From: a virus
Reading direction: 5' to 3' (one strand)
Virus record (IMG/VR): IMGVR_UViG_3300035446_000023
Location: 1-43,579 of that record
DNA length: 43,579 bases
The notes below the pieces were generated by a model. That model was not told the DNA's origin and did not search any database. It saw nothing but the letters and a program-made list of their open reading frames with translations. The translations under genes and the position numbers were made by a program. Shown here in pieces: positions 32,573 to 42,399 of the stretch (its first letter is position 1; the number at the start of each line of letters is the position of its first letter).

Positions 32573-34677
32573 TGGCTCGAATCCCAACTATTGACGGCCC
32601 GCAGGTACAGCAGCGCGGCCTCGGTGCGCCAACAGTCGGCGGGCAGGGGCCTGATAACTCCGGACTGCAGCGCGGGCTGGCTCAGATCGGCCAGGCAGCG
32701 CAACAGCTCGCCATCCGCGAACAGGAAAAGGCCGACACCGCGGCGCTGATGGCAGCGGACCAGCAGCTCGACCAGTGGCAGCAGCAGACCTTCTTCGACC
32801 CGCAGAACGGCGTGTACGCCAAGAAGGGCGCTGCCGCGCTCGACATCACGAACCAGACCATCGGCCAGTTCGAGAGGCAGCAGGAGCAGGTCGCCAAGAC
32901 GCTGAAGAACGAGCGTCAGCGGGCCCGGTACGCCGAGATCGTCATGCGACGCCGGCAGTCGCTGAGCAATGACCTGAACCGCTACGAGTATCGCGAGCGC
33001 GAGCAGTACTACGACGACGTCGATCGCGGTCAGATCGAAACGTCCATGCAGGGCGCTGCACTCAACTACAACGATCCGGAGAAGATCGCCCACTACCAGA
33101 ACAAGATGGCGGCGGTGCTGAAGGCCCAGGCTGAGCGCAAGGGTCTGCCGGCTGAAATGCAGCAGGCCAATCTGCTCAAGGCCAACAGCGGCATGGCATC
33201 GGCCGTGATCTCGCGCATGGTCAACGATGATCCGTACAAGGCCAAAAGCTACTTCCAGTCCGCTCAGGACCAGATGACCGCCGAGGATCAGGTGCAGATC
33301 AGCCGCCTGATCGACCGCGAGATCAAGGCCCGCGAGATCGAAGCCAGACAGATGCAGGCGATCGCCCGCGCTGAACTGTCGAGTCGTGTGTCCGATGCAC
33401 AGTCGGCTTACCTGTCGGGGTATGACTTCGACAACCCGCCGACCGCCTCCGATTTTGTTGCCTCCTACGGCGCGAAGGAGGGGGCAGAGCGCTATGCGCA
33501 GTTCGTCAAGACGCAGGACATCGGAACGGCTATCCGCCAGGTTGCCATGGCCTCACCGGACGAGCGCGCCAAACTGATCGACCAGTTCATGCCAGCGCGC
33601 GATGGCGTGGCAACGGAAGGCTTCGCAGTCGATGCAAAGCTGTTCGGTCAGCTGGTCAACACGGCCTCTCGCCTGGGCGATGAGCTGCAGCGCGACCCGG
33701 CGACCTACGTTGCCAGTCGCAGCCCTCTATTGCGCAAAGCGGCAGAGGACGCTGCAAGCGGAGACCCAGCTGCCGTCGAGGCCTATGCCACGGCCATGAT
33801 CGCTGAGCAGCAGCGCCTCGGGGCGCCTGAGCCGCGGCTGTTGAGCGAGAAGCAGGCGGCCGGTATCGCCGCGGCGTTCGAGAACACAGCGGACGGCGGC
33901 AGCAACTCCGCGCAGATCATCGAAGAGCTGCAGCAGCAGTGGGGCAAGCACTGGCCCACCGTCTACAAGCAGCTGCAGGACAAGCTGCCAGGCGCGGCGC
34001 TGGTGATCGGAACGGGCGTCGACCCGCAAACCTCCGCAATGCTCGCGCGGATCGCTCCGCTGAAAACGAATGAACTGAAGGCTGGGCTCGACAGCATCGA
34101 AGCCAGTGACGCGAAAAAGGTGCTGGCAGAGGAGATGACCGACTTCCGCCTGACCTTGGCCGGCCAGGTTGGCGGCGAGCGCACATTCTCGACGCTGTAC
34201 AGCGAAGCCGAGCGACTGGCTTACGCCTACATGGGGCAGGGCAAGAGCGCCAAGGATGCCGTCAGCCTGGTGAAGAAGTCGCTGATCGATGACAAGTACA
34301 CCCTGGCCGGTACCTATCGCGTTCCGAAGTCCTTTGATGCCGATATGGTCGAGGCCGGCACCGAGCGCGCCATCGAGAGCCTGGATCCGTCGACGCTTCG
34401 ATTCGCGGTGCCGAAGGGTGTGGACGAGGCCTTCGCTCGCGACCGCGTGAAAGCCGCGATCAGCAAAGACGGCTATTGGGTCACCCTGCCGGACGAAAGC
34501 GGCCTTGCGCTGTACTACGGCGGCGAGGCGGTGCTGACGAAGGAAGGCGAGCCGGTAACACGCAGTTTCGACGATCTCACGACAGAGGCTGTGGCGCGTC
34601 GGGTTGTTCCCGTGAGCGATCCAGTTATGCCTGAAGGCAGGATGCTTGACTACAGCAAGACGAGGTCAGTTCGATGA
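32572..34677 (+). CDS. Internal virion/ejection protein (gp15-like)
   Basis: 701 aa, helical and Q/A-rich, coupled starts. Confidence 0.6.
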   Translation: MARIPTIDGPQVQQRGLGAPTVGGQGPDNSGLQRGLAQIGQAAQQLAIREQEKADTAALMAADQQLDQWQQQTFFDPQNGVYAKKGAAALDITNQTIGQFERQQEQVAKTLKNERQRARYAEIVMRRRQSLSNDLNRYEYREREQYYDDVDRGQIETSMQGAALNYNDPEKIAHYQNKMAAVLKAQAERKGLPAEMQQANLLKANSGMASAVISRMVNDDPYKAKSYFQSAQDQMTAEDQVQISRLIDREIKAREIEARQMQAIARAELSSRVSDAQSAYLSGYDFDNPPTASDFVASYGAKEGAERYAQFVKTQDIGTAIRQVAMASPDERAKLIDQFMPARDGVATEGFAVDAKLFGQLVNTASRLGDELQRDPATYVASRSPLLRKAAEDAASGDPAAVEAYATAMIAEQQRLGAPEPRLLSEKQAAGIAAAFENTADGGSNSAQIIEELQQQWGKHWPTVYKQLQDKLPGAALVIGTGVDPQTSAMLARIAPLKTNELKAGLDSIEASDAKKVLAEEMTDFRLTLAGQVGGERTFSTLYSEAERLAYAYMGQGKSAKDAVSLVKKSLIDDKYTLAGTYRVPKSFDADMVEAGTERAIESLDPSTLRFAVPKGVDEAFARDRVKAAISKDGYWVTLPDESGLALYYGGEAVLTKEGEPVTRSFDDLTTEAVARRVVPVSDPVMPEGRMLDYSKTRSVR

Positions 34678-36404
34678 CGCTGTTTACCGAAGGCCTGATT
34701 GTCCGGCGTGACCGCAACATTCTGGACGACGTTGTTACCGGTCAGTTTGATGCGGCCGAGGCGGCATGGGATCAGCAGGTCTTCGACAATCCGGTTATGG
34801 CTGGACGCAGAGTGTCCGAGCTGAACGAGGCGGCGAGTGGTGAGGTTGTTCGCCCTGCCATGACCGCTCGCGGATATACGTCGCCAGCCGTACGCTCTGC
34901 GCCGGAGTCTCCGCTGCTGACTGCCGAGCAGGCGAGGGCGCGGATCAAGGAAGAAGGCCTCGACCTGACCGTCGAGGATTCCGGCATTCGCGCCGGAGCA
35001 CTGGACATCCTGATTGAGCGCAAACGGGAAGAGGTCAAACGCAAGCTGATACTCGACAACGCGCCTGCGTCGACAATTCCAATTCAGCTATTGGCTGGTC
35101 TGGGCGCCTCGCTGATAGACCCTGTCAACGTTGCGTCTGCGTTCATTCCCGTAGTTGGGGAGGCGCGCTACGCATCAATGCTTGCTAACGCAACCAGTCG
35201 CGCCGCAAGGATCGGCGTGCGGGCGCGCGTCGGCGCTGTTGAGGGCGCTGTGGGCGCGGCAATGCTTGAGCCTTTGGTTCTGTACGCCTCGGCACAGGAT
35301 CAATCGGACTACGGCGCCGTTGATAGCCTGCTGAACGTGGCGTTCGGCTCGGTAATGGGTGGCGGGCTGCACAGCGCTGGCGGGTATATCTCCGACGTAC
35401 GTCGTGGCGCGCTGCTCGATGGGATAAAAGCCGAATCACCATCTATCGCCGGCCAGGCTCCAGCGAAGGTCAGCCCGCAGCAGTTCGCCTTGCGCGTCGA
35501 TGAAGATCCTATGCTTGCACTGCGTGATTCGCTTGAGCGCGGCATTCAAGGCGACCGTGTTCGGATGGCCGAAGACGCTGGGCGACAGGCGCGCGAAACG
35601 CTGATGCCGGAGATCCGTGCCGAGCTTCAAGAGATTGCATCCGGCAAGCTGCCAAACGTGCGCGACCTAAAGATTGAACAAGGCGCTATCCAGAAGACGC
35701 TCGACACGCTTGACGACACCTTCAAGGTCCGCGCCAAGGAGTTCCAAGGCCAGCGCATGAGCCGCAAGCAGGCCGAGCGCGCCGCCCGTGATTCTATTGC
35801 CGAGGAACGCCAGCGCTTGAACGAGCGCAAGGCTGAGATCGAGTCAGCAACGGACGTGAACCGTCAGGCAGAGATTGCCCGCGGCGAACTCAACGCCCTA
35901 CAGCGTGGAGAAATTCCGCAGCGCTACCAGTCACGCATTGACGCCGAGACAGGCCGCATCACCAGCGGTTTCGATCTGCGCCAGACTGCGCGAGCTAAAG
36001 CTGAGGCCGCACCCTGGCAGGTTCGCGAGAGCGCCCTTCGTGCTGCCGTGGCTCAGTCGGTCACCGGCCGGCCTGTCAATGTTGAGGCTATCTTCGACCT
36101 GGCTGACCCTGCCAAGCGTGCCGCCGCACTGCAGCGCCTGAAAGAGCCCGTCGAGACGGTAGCCGATCCAGAAGGCGAGGTGGCCAGCTACGCCGCGGGC
36201 GAAACATCGGACGCCCTGGACGGAACAGACCTTGCCGGCGCCGAGCGTATGCTTGCCGATGAACAGGCGCTGACTGATGAAATGGCCGCTCAAGCCGGCA
36301 TTGATCTGAAGCCCTTCATGCGCGAAGCCGACGAACTTGCCGCAGACGCTGAAACCTACGCCGCCGCCTACCGGGCTGCCGCACTCTGTCAGTTGAGGAA
36401 CTAA
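34674..36404 (+). CDS. Internal virion/ejection protein
   Basis: 576 aa, coupled. Confidence 0.55.
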   Translation: MTLFTEGLIVRRDRNILDDVVTGQFDAAEAAWDQQVFDNPVMAGRRVSELNEAASGEVVRPAMTARGYTSPAVRSAPESPLLTAEQARARIKEEGLDLTVEDSGIRAGALDILIERKREEVKRKLILDNAPASTIPIQLLAGLGASLIDPVNVASAFIPVVGEARYASMLANATSRAARIGVRARVGAVEGAVGAAMLEPLVLYASAQDQSDYGAVDSLLNVAFGSVMGGGLHSAGGYISDVRRGALLDGIKAESPSIAGQAPAKVSPQQFALRVDEDPMLALRDSLERGIQGDRVRMAEDAGRQARETLMPEIRAELQEIASGKLPNVRDLKIEQGAIQKTLDTLDDTFKVRAKEFQGQRMSRKQAERAARDSIAEERQRLNERKAEIESATDVNRQAEIARGELNALQRGEIPQRYQSRIDAETGRITSGFDLRQTARAKAEAAPWQVRESALRAAVAQSVTGRPVNVEAIFDLADPAKRAAALQRLKEPVETVADPEGEVASYAAGETSDALDGTDLAGAERMLADEQALTDEMAAQAGIDLKPFMREADELAADAETYAAAYRAAALCQLRN

Positions 36405-38980
36405 TGGCCGCATTAGACTGCATCGACACAATCCAGGCTGCTGCTAAGGCTGCCGGCCGCGAACTCAGCCTAGAAGAGATGATTGAGCTGCAAGGAGACC
36501 TTACGGCTCGAATCAAGCAGCTGCAGGCGACTGACGGAATGCTCGGCCTTGAAGACGCCGCGCTGCGTGCCGCTGATGAGATGGGCAATGAGGTGAAGCT
36601 GGCCGCTGCCATCGAGAAGCGCAACGCGCTGCTCAACGCTCGCCGTCGCGCGGAACTGGTCGGCTACATCCGTAGCACCTGGTCAGATCGTCCAGACCTG
36701 GGCCTCGAGTCCTTCCTTGTCGGCACCAACGTAGCGCGCCCTGGTGCTCGCCGGTCGGTCGCCGCTGAACAGAAGCAGCTCAGCCAGGCCTATATTGCCG
36801 GGTTCCTGCATGACATCGAGGCCGAAGGGCTCAAGCCGTTCCTGACTAAGGGCGATCTGGATGCCGACATTGCCGATGCGCTCTGGCGCATGGGCATGGA
36901 CAAGCCGCTTGATGGCCTGAGCAAAGAAGCGCAGGGCATCGCCAAGATCATGCAGAAGTACCAGGAGACGGCACGCATCGATGCGAACCGGGCCGGGGCC
37001 TTCATCCGCAAGCTGCCCGGCTACGTGGTGCGCCAGTCCCATGACCCGTACAAAATCCAGCGGGCCGGCTTCAAGCAGTGGCGAGACGAGATCCTGCCGC
37101 TGCTGGATGAGCGCACCTTCGAAGCGGGCTCAGACGTAGACGGTTTTCTGCTCGCCACTTACAACGGACTGGTCTCCGGCGTGCACCTGAAAGTGTCGAC
37201 CGGTCAACCGAACGGATTCAAGGGCCCACGCAACCTCGCCAAGAAGGTCAGCGCCGAACGCGTATTACACTTCAAGGATGGCCTGGCCTGGAACGAATAC
37301 AACAAGGTATACGGCACCGGTTCGCTGCGTGAGGCATTCCTTGGCGGCCTTGATCGCTCCGGCGACAGTACCGGCATGATGCGCCGCCTCGGCACCAATC
37401 CAGAGGGCAACTGGAACGCGGCCCTTGATGAGCTGCAGATGGACCTGAAGAACGACCCGGAAGGCCTGCGCAAATTCCAGCAGGACAGGGGCGGGCTGCT
37501 CAAAACCCGCTTCTCGGAAATCGACGGCACGTCTCGCATGGCCGTCAATCATGTCGGCGCACGCGTAGCCTCTAACCTGCGTGCTTGGCAGTCGATGGCA
37601 AAGCTAGGCGGTGCGGTCATCTCAGCCGTGACGGACCTTCCTGTTGCTGCCAGCGAGATGCGCTACCAGGGCAAGGGGATGCTGTCCTCCATGGGCACGC
37701 TGATCGGCGGCATGGTCAAGGGTCGCAAGCCAGCCGAGCAACGCGAAATCCTCTCGACGCTCGGCGTGTTCTTCGACAGCGTGCGCGGTGAAGTGGTCAG
37801 CAAGTTCAGCGCCGACGATACGCTGGGCGGCAAGATGAGCCGGGCACAGCAGTTGTTCTTCAAACTGAACGGCCTGACCTGGTGGACCGACACCATGCGC
37901 AGTACCGCGGCGCTGATGATGAGCCATCACCTGGCCTACAACCGTTCGCTGGACTGGGACAAGATGAACCCTGACCTGCAGCGCACGCTCGAGCTGTTCG
38001 ATATTGACGCCGGCAAGTGGGACTTGCTGCGCTCGACGCCAGCTAAGGAGGCAGACGGCCGCGAGTACATGACCACGCAGGGCATCGACAGCATCCCGGA
38101 AGAGGCGCTGGCCGGATACCTGGCCAACAAGGGGCGCACGGTAAATGACGCAGCTATCGGCGAGTTGCGCGAGGAATTGCGCGGCAGCCTGCGCAGCTAC
38201 ATCACCGACCGTGCCAGCTATGCAGTCATTGAGCCTGACGCCAGGACGCGTGCCATCATGCGCCGTGGCACACAGCCAGGCACCATCGCTGGCGAGCTGC
38301 TGAGATTCGTCGGCCAGTTCAAGGCCTTCCCGGTCGCGGTGCTGCAGAAGTCAATCGGCCGAGAGCTTTACGGGCGCGGCTACAAACCAAGCGCATACGG
38401 CGCCGGCGTCGGGCGGGAGTTGATGCAGTCCATGCGCAGCGGCAACGGCGAAAAGCTCGGGGTGGCGCAGCTGATGCTCTGGACCACGCTGTTCGGCTAC
38501 GGCGCAATGTCGCTGAAGGATATCGTCAAGGGTCGCGAGCCACGCCCGGCAGACGACCCAAAGACCTGGGTTGCCGCAATGCTGCAAGGCGGGGCGCTCG
38601 GTCTTTACGGGGACTTCCTGTTCGGTGAAGCCAACCGGTTCGGTGGCGGGCTCACGCAGTCACTGTCAGGCCCGACGCTTGGCCTGATCGATGGCGGGTA
38701 TGACCTGTTCGCCAGGGCGCGTGATGGTGATGATACCGCGGCGGCGGCTGTGCGTTACACGATCCAGAATACGCCTTTCGCGAATCTGTTTTACACTCGC
38801 GCAGCGCTTGACTACGTGTTCCTTCACAGTCTTCAAGAGGCACTGAACCCTGGGGCTCTTCGTAGAATGGAAAGACGGATCGAGAAAGAGAACGCACAGC
38901 GCTTCCTGATCTCGCCATCCCGAAACTATCTTGATACTACTGGCGCGGTTGTCGACACCGTCAGCGACGCGTTCAGATAA
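36404..38980 (+). CDS. Large internal virion/ejection protein (gp16-like)
   Basis: 858 aa, the last gene of the core block. No transglycosylase motif was recognised. Confidence 0.6.
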   Translation: MAALDCIDTIQAAAKAAGRELSLEEMIELQGDLTARIKQLQATDGMLGLEDAALRAADEMGNEVKLAAAIEKRNALLNARRRAELVGYIRSTWSDRPDLGLESFLVGTNVARPGARRSVAAEQKQLSQAYIAGFLHDIEAEGLKPFLTKGDLDADIADALWRMGMDKPLDGLSKEAQGIAKIMQKYQETARIDANRAGAFIRKLPGYVVRQSHDPYKIQRAGFKQWRDEILPLLDERTFEAGSDVDGFLLATYNGLVSGVHLKVSTGQPNGFKGPRNLAKKVSAERVLHFKDGLAWNEYNKVYGTGSLREAFLGGLDRSGDSTGMMRRLGTNPEGNWNAALDELQMDLKNDPEGLRKFQQDRGGLLKTRFSEIDGTSRMAVNHVGARVASNLRAWQSMAKLGGAVISAVTDLPVAASEMRYQGKGMLSSMGTLIGGMVKGRKPAEQREILSTLGVFFDSVRGEVVSKFSADDTLGGKMSRAQQLFFKLNGLTWWTDTMRSTAALMMSHHLAYNRSLDWDKMNPDLQRTLELFDIDAGKWDLLRSTPAKEADGREYMTTQGIDSIPEEALAGYLANKGRTVNDAAIGELREELRGSLRSYITDRASYAVIEPDARTRAIMRRGTQPGTIAGELLRFVGQFKAFPVAVLQKSIGRELYGRGYKPSAYGAGVGRELMQSMRSGNGEKLGVAQLMLWTTLFGYGAMSLKDIVKGREPRPADDPKTWVAAMLQGGALGLYGDFLFGEANRFGGGLTQSLSGPTLGLIDGGYDLFARARDGDDTAAAAVRYTIQNTPFANLFYTRAALDYVFLHSLQEALNPGALRRMERRIEKENAQRFLISPSRNYLDTTGAVVDTVSDAFR

Positions 38981-38988
38981 GGAAATCT

Positions 38989-39276
38989 ATGTCAGTGGTC
39001 ATATCTCTACTTTGCATCTTCGTGGCGCCCGTACTGCTTGCAGTTATTGCAGCAGCGGCGAGCCCGTCGCCATGGTCTGCCTATACAGCTATTGCTGTGT
39101 TCTTTCCAGCGACATTCGTTGGGATCTCGATTGCTACAGATATTGATGGCGGGAGGGTCTCATCAATGCCTGATGCGTTCACTGCCGTAAAGGAAGGAAT
39201 GCAGTGGTTTCTCTGGTGGCTGTTAGTCATGTCGTGCTGCATAGGTGCCGCATGGGCTGCCGCGGTGATGAGCTAA
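38989..39276 (+). CDS. Moron-like membrane protein (3 TM helices)
   Basis: 95 aa, AAGGA SD, locally lower GC (~50%). Confidence 0.65.
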   Translation: MSVVISLLCIFVAPVLLAVIAAAASPSPWSAYTAIAVFFPATFVGISIATDIDGGRVSSMPDAFTAVKEGMQWFLWWLLVMSCCIGAAWAAAVMS

Positions 39277-39285
39277 GGAGTTGCA

Positions 39286-39792
39286 GTGACGATTTATACA
39301 GAAGGCCTAGTCATTGGCGGGCCGATTGATCTTGGGAATATCGTTCCAGCGATGGAAGCCTGGTCAGGATGGGCTATCGCTGACTTTATTTTTGTCGTAT
39401 TGGCGGCGTCCCTTGTTCTCAGACTTTTGATGGCGTGCCAAAAAGGGGGGCATACAAGAGTCGGGCTTTCCGAGCCACTGGGTCGACCGCAACGGATTGG
39501 GATGGTCTTGCTTGTTGCTGCTACTGCAGTGTTGTTCGTTTTTGCTGTAGTGGCCATTTTTCAGGATTTCGCACACGCTCAGGCCGAACATCGCAGTGTC
39601 TTCATGAATGCGAAGTTCTCAACTGGTCGTACAGCCGAATACCGATCCGCAATCAAAGCCCTGTACGACGCGGCAGCTCACCGAGACATGTGGTTTGTAA
39701 TAACGGCGGCAGGCGGTGTTATTGGAGGATGGCTTGTCTTTGCCCATAGAGCAATCACAGGGCCATTGATCCGCTGGCTTAAAGACGACTGA
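39286..39792 (+). CDS. Moron-like membrane protein (4 TM helices)
   Basis: 168 aa, GTG start 6 nt after AAGGAG, low GC. Followed by two terminators. Confidence 0.65.
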   Translation: MTIYTEGLVIGGPIDLGNIVPAMEAWSGWAIADFIFVVLAASLVLRLLMACQKGGHTRVGLSEPLGRPQRIGMVLLVAATAVLFVFAVVAIFQDFAHAQAEHRSVFMNAKFSTGRTAEYRSAIKALYDAAAHRDMWFVITAAGGVIGGWLVFAHRAITGPLIRWLKDD

Positions 39793-39810
39793 CAAACCCG
39801 TTAACCACAA

Positions 39811-39835
39811 GGCCCGCTTCGGCGGGCTTTTTATT
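39811..39835 (+). terminator. Intrinsic terminator
   Basis: gcccgc-ttcg-gcgggc followed by tttttatt. Confidence 0.8.
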
Positions 39836-39848
39836 ACCCAAATTCCAG

Positions 39849-39876
39849 GCCCCGCCAATGAGCGGGGCTTTTTATT
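39849..39876 (+). terminator. Intrinsic terminator, near-duplicate of the one at 42360-42384
   Basis: gccccgc-caatga-gcggggc followed by tttttattgcc. Confidence 0.8.
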
Positions 39877-39898
39877 GCCCGCACGAAAAGGACCGGCC

Positions 39899-42343
39899 AT
39901 GACCGTTCAAACCAGCACAAACGTCGCCAGCTTCAACGGTAACGGAGTGACGCAGATTTTCCCGATCGCGTTCAAGTTCAACAATGACACCGACCTAATT
40001 GTCATGCTCGCAGATGATGCGACTGGTTCCTCATCATTGCTTACGCTGAACTCGGACTACACGGTCAGCGGCGAAGGCGACGAAGAAGGGGGGTTGATCA
40101 ACGTAGTAGTGGCGCCAGCGGTAGGAAAACGTCTATTCGTGTCGCGGGTTGTTGATATTTTGCAAATGACCGATCTGCGCAATCAGGGCAAGTTCTTTGC
40201 AGAAGTGCATGAAGATGCATTCGATCTACTCACAATGATTGCTCAGCAGCATCAGTCGGACATCGCTCGGTCATTGCGCGTAGCAGAGACGGATCCAGAG
40301 CCAGCAAGGATTCCATCTGCAGTACAGCGCGCCGGAAAGCTGCTTGCCTTCGATTCTGCCGGAAACCCAACGACGGCGCTTCCCGTCGCAGACAGCTCGA
40401 CCGAGCTGCGGCAGGATCTGGCTGCGGCGGACGGAGCGGGCATGGTCGGTTTCTCGCCCTCGCTGTCCTACCCTGCAGGAACCGTAGGCGAGGCGCTGCG
40501 CAGCACAATCAAGCCGGCAATTGCCTACGACTGGAACGGTACATCTGGCACTGACGGGGCTCCCGCAATTCAGCAGGCAATAGACTCGACGGTAAAAGTT
40601 GCCGGCACGGTAAACCGAGGAGCTATTGAGCTTTTCGGTGGCGGTGAGTTCGCGATCTCGGCGCAGGTTGAAGTCGACCAGAAAGCGCTGCTGCTAAGTG
40701 GTAATAAAGCGCTGGTGAAGTGGACCGGAAGCGGTGCATCTTCTTCTATGATCCGCATTGTCGATTCGTCCCAGTGCCACCTAAAAGACTTGGCGCTGAT
40801 TGGCGATGCCGCTAACCCGCCGTTCGCGGCAATCTATGGCGAGGCCCTTTCTCCACGCAGAGTAAAAGGCACAAATGAGTATTGCACGCTAGAAAACATC
40901 ATAATTGGCCGCCGCTTCATGCTGGACACTGACACGGGCGGTTCCGTATCAGAAGACGGGGCCGGGAGGATTCAGAATGGCATCGTCATCGGCGGGGCTT
41001 TCGACGGCGACAACGACGAGTGGCGCATTCGTAACGTCCAAGTAAACGGTCATACAGGCGTAGCGTTCGATTTCCGTAACGCCCAAAGTATTTGGTCTAG
41101 CATCTACGATACTTGCGCAAACAATGGCGGGACCGGATATCGCCTTGGATGCAACATGACAATGTTTAACGTCACCAGCAACCGGCAGACAGTTGCGGAC
41201 ATTGAAGGCATTCGCAATATTGAAGTGAGCATCTTCGGCATACAAGCCGAGCACTCAAACGTATTCATTCTTTCGAAGAGCGGCGCATCGTTCTTTGTGA
41301 AGGGTGGCGAGCTACAGATGAAGACCACAACGGCAGGGAACTTTTTCCGGTGGGAAAATGGCGGCTCGATGGTTCTGGAAGACCTGTATGTTGAAAACAT
41401 CGAAAGCGGCTACAAAACCATCTACTACCGGCCAGGGTCCGTCAAGGGCGGCCTGATCCGAGTCCGAAACTGCACGATCCAAGGCGGCGATCTGCGGGAT
41501 ACTTGGGACATTGATACAAGCACATCCGTGGCGATGCCTGTGGAAATCGACATTGACCACGGCATCTTCAAATGGAAGACGGCGCGCCCATACGCTGACA
41601 GAGCCCTGACGATGCCGGCAGTTGCTGCGTCCGCATCTGGAATTGTTGCATCAGGTAACGCTAAGACGCCGTTTGGCGAGTTTTTCCATGCGGCATATCA
41701 GTTTAACCCGCAAGGACAGCACATAACGCCAGCAATCGACGCCGATAACCAGATTAGGGCAAGGATTTTCAACGTAACAGGGTCAGCAGTCACATTGCCG
41801 GCTGGCCGCATGCGCTGGATGGATGTTGGCGACCACGTTATTTCGCGCGGGTCGGCTTTGATAGACGCGCCGCTTATGGCCAACAACACAGGGCACACAG
41901 CTACAATTAGCGTGCCAGGCGTGCGGCTAGGTGATTTCGTGGCATGGGGTGCTGGCGCAAGCTACATCAACAACATCGTGGCTGCGTATGTGAGTGCCGA
42001 TGATACTGTTTCGCTGCGTATCCATAACGCCACAGGCGGAAATAGCGACCCAGCAGCTACGACACTGTACGCAGCAAAGCTGCGTGAGTTCGGGCGCTTT
42101 CAGGGCGGATTGGTTTACACGCCGGCTGCCATTGCAAACGGTGCGACGGTCACGCTTAGCGTGAGTATCCCTGGTGCCCAGCTTGGCGGGCATACTTTTG
42201 TTTCGTACACAAAAGACCTTAAGGGGTTGCTGTGTACTGCTCATGTGTCAGCATCCGACACGGTTAGTATCATCCTGAGCAACTTCACCGGAGCATCTGT
42301 CACGTTGGATGCCGGCTCATTCAAGGTCATGGTAGCGTTCTGA
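39899..42343 (+). CDS. Tailspike with beta-helix (pectate-lyase-like) depolymerase domain
   Basis: Start MTVQTSTNVASFNGNGVTQIFPIAFKF (particle-binding N-domain). GAPAIQQAIDS...GAIELFGGGEFAIS is typical of right-handed beta-helix tailspikes. Three related C-terminal modules. Confidence 0.8.
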   Translation: MTVQTSTNVASFNGNGVTQIFPIAFKFNNDTDLIVMLADDATGSSSLLTLNSDYTVSGEGDEEGGLINVVVAPAVGKRLFVSRVVDILQMTDLRNQGKFFAEVHEDAFDLLTMIAQQHQSDIARSLRVAETDPEPARIPSAVQRAGKLLAFDSAGNPTTALPVADSSTELRQDLAAADGAGMVGFSPSLSYPAGTVGEALRSTIKPAIAYDWNGTSGTDGAPAIQQAIDSTVKVAGTVNRGAIELFGGGEFAISAQVEVDQKALLLSGNKALVKWTGSGASSSMIRIVDSSQCHLKDLALIGDAANPPFAAIYGEALSPRRVKGTNEYCTLENIIIGRRFMLDTDTGGSVSEDGAGRIQNGIVIGGAFDGDNDEWRIRNVQVNGHTGVAFDFRNAQSIWSSIYDTCANNGGTGYRLGCNMTMFNVTSNRQTVADIEGIRNIEVSIFGIQAEHSNVFILSKSGASFFVKGGELQMKTTTAGNFFRWENGGSMVLEDLYVENIESGYKTIYYRPGSVKGGLIRVRNCTIQGGDLRDTWDIDTSTSVAMPVEIDIDHGIFKWKTARPYADRALTMPAVAASASGIVASGNAKTPFGEFFHAAYQFNPQGQHITPAIDADNQIRARIFNVTGSAVTLPAGRMRWMDVGDHVISRGSALIDAPLMANNTGHTATISVPGVRLGDFVAWGAGASYINNIVAAYVSADDTVSLRIHNATGGNSDPAATTLYAAKLREFGRFQGGLVYTPAAIANGATVTLSVSIPGAQLGGHTFVSYTKDLKGLLCTAHVSASDTVSIILSNFTGASVTLDAGSFKVMVAF

Positions 42344-42359
42344 CCGTCGAAACCTAACA

Positions 42360-42384
42360 GCCCCGCCAGCCGGGGCTTTTTATT
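42360..42384 (+). terminator. Intrinsic terminator
   Basis: gccccg-ccagc-cggggc followed by tttttattgcc. Confidence 0.8.
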
Positions 42385-42399
42385 GCCTGGAAGAAAACC

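Noticed and set aside
39899..42343. Diversity-generating retroelement (DGR), expected because the capsid module is BPP-1-like
   Set aside because: No reverse transcriptase ORF exists anywhere in the window. There is no DNA-level template/variable repeat pair near the tailspike 3' end, and the C-terminal repeats are similar only at the protein level.
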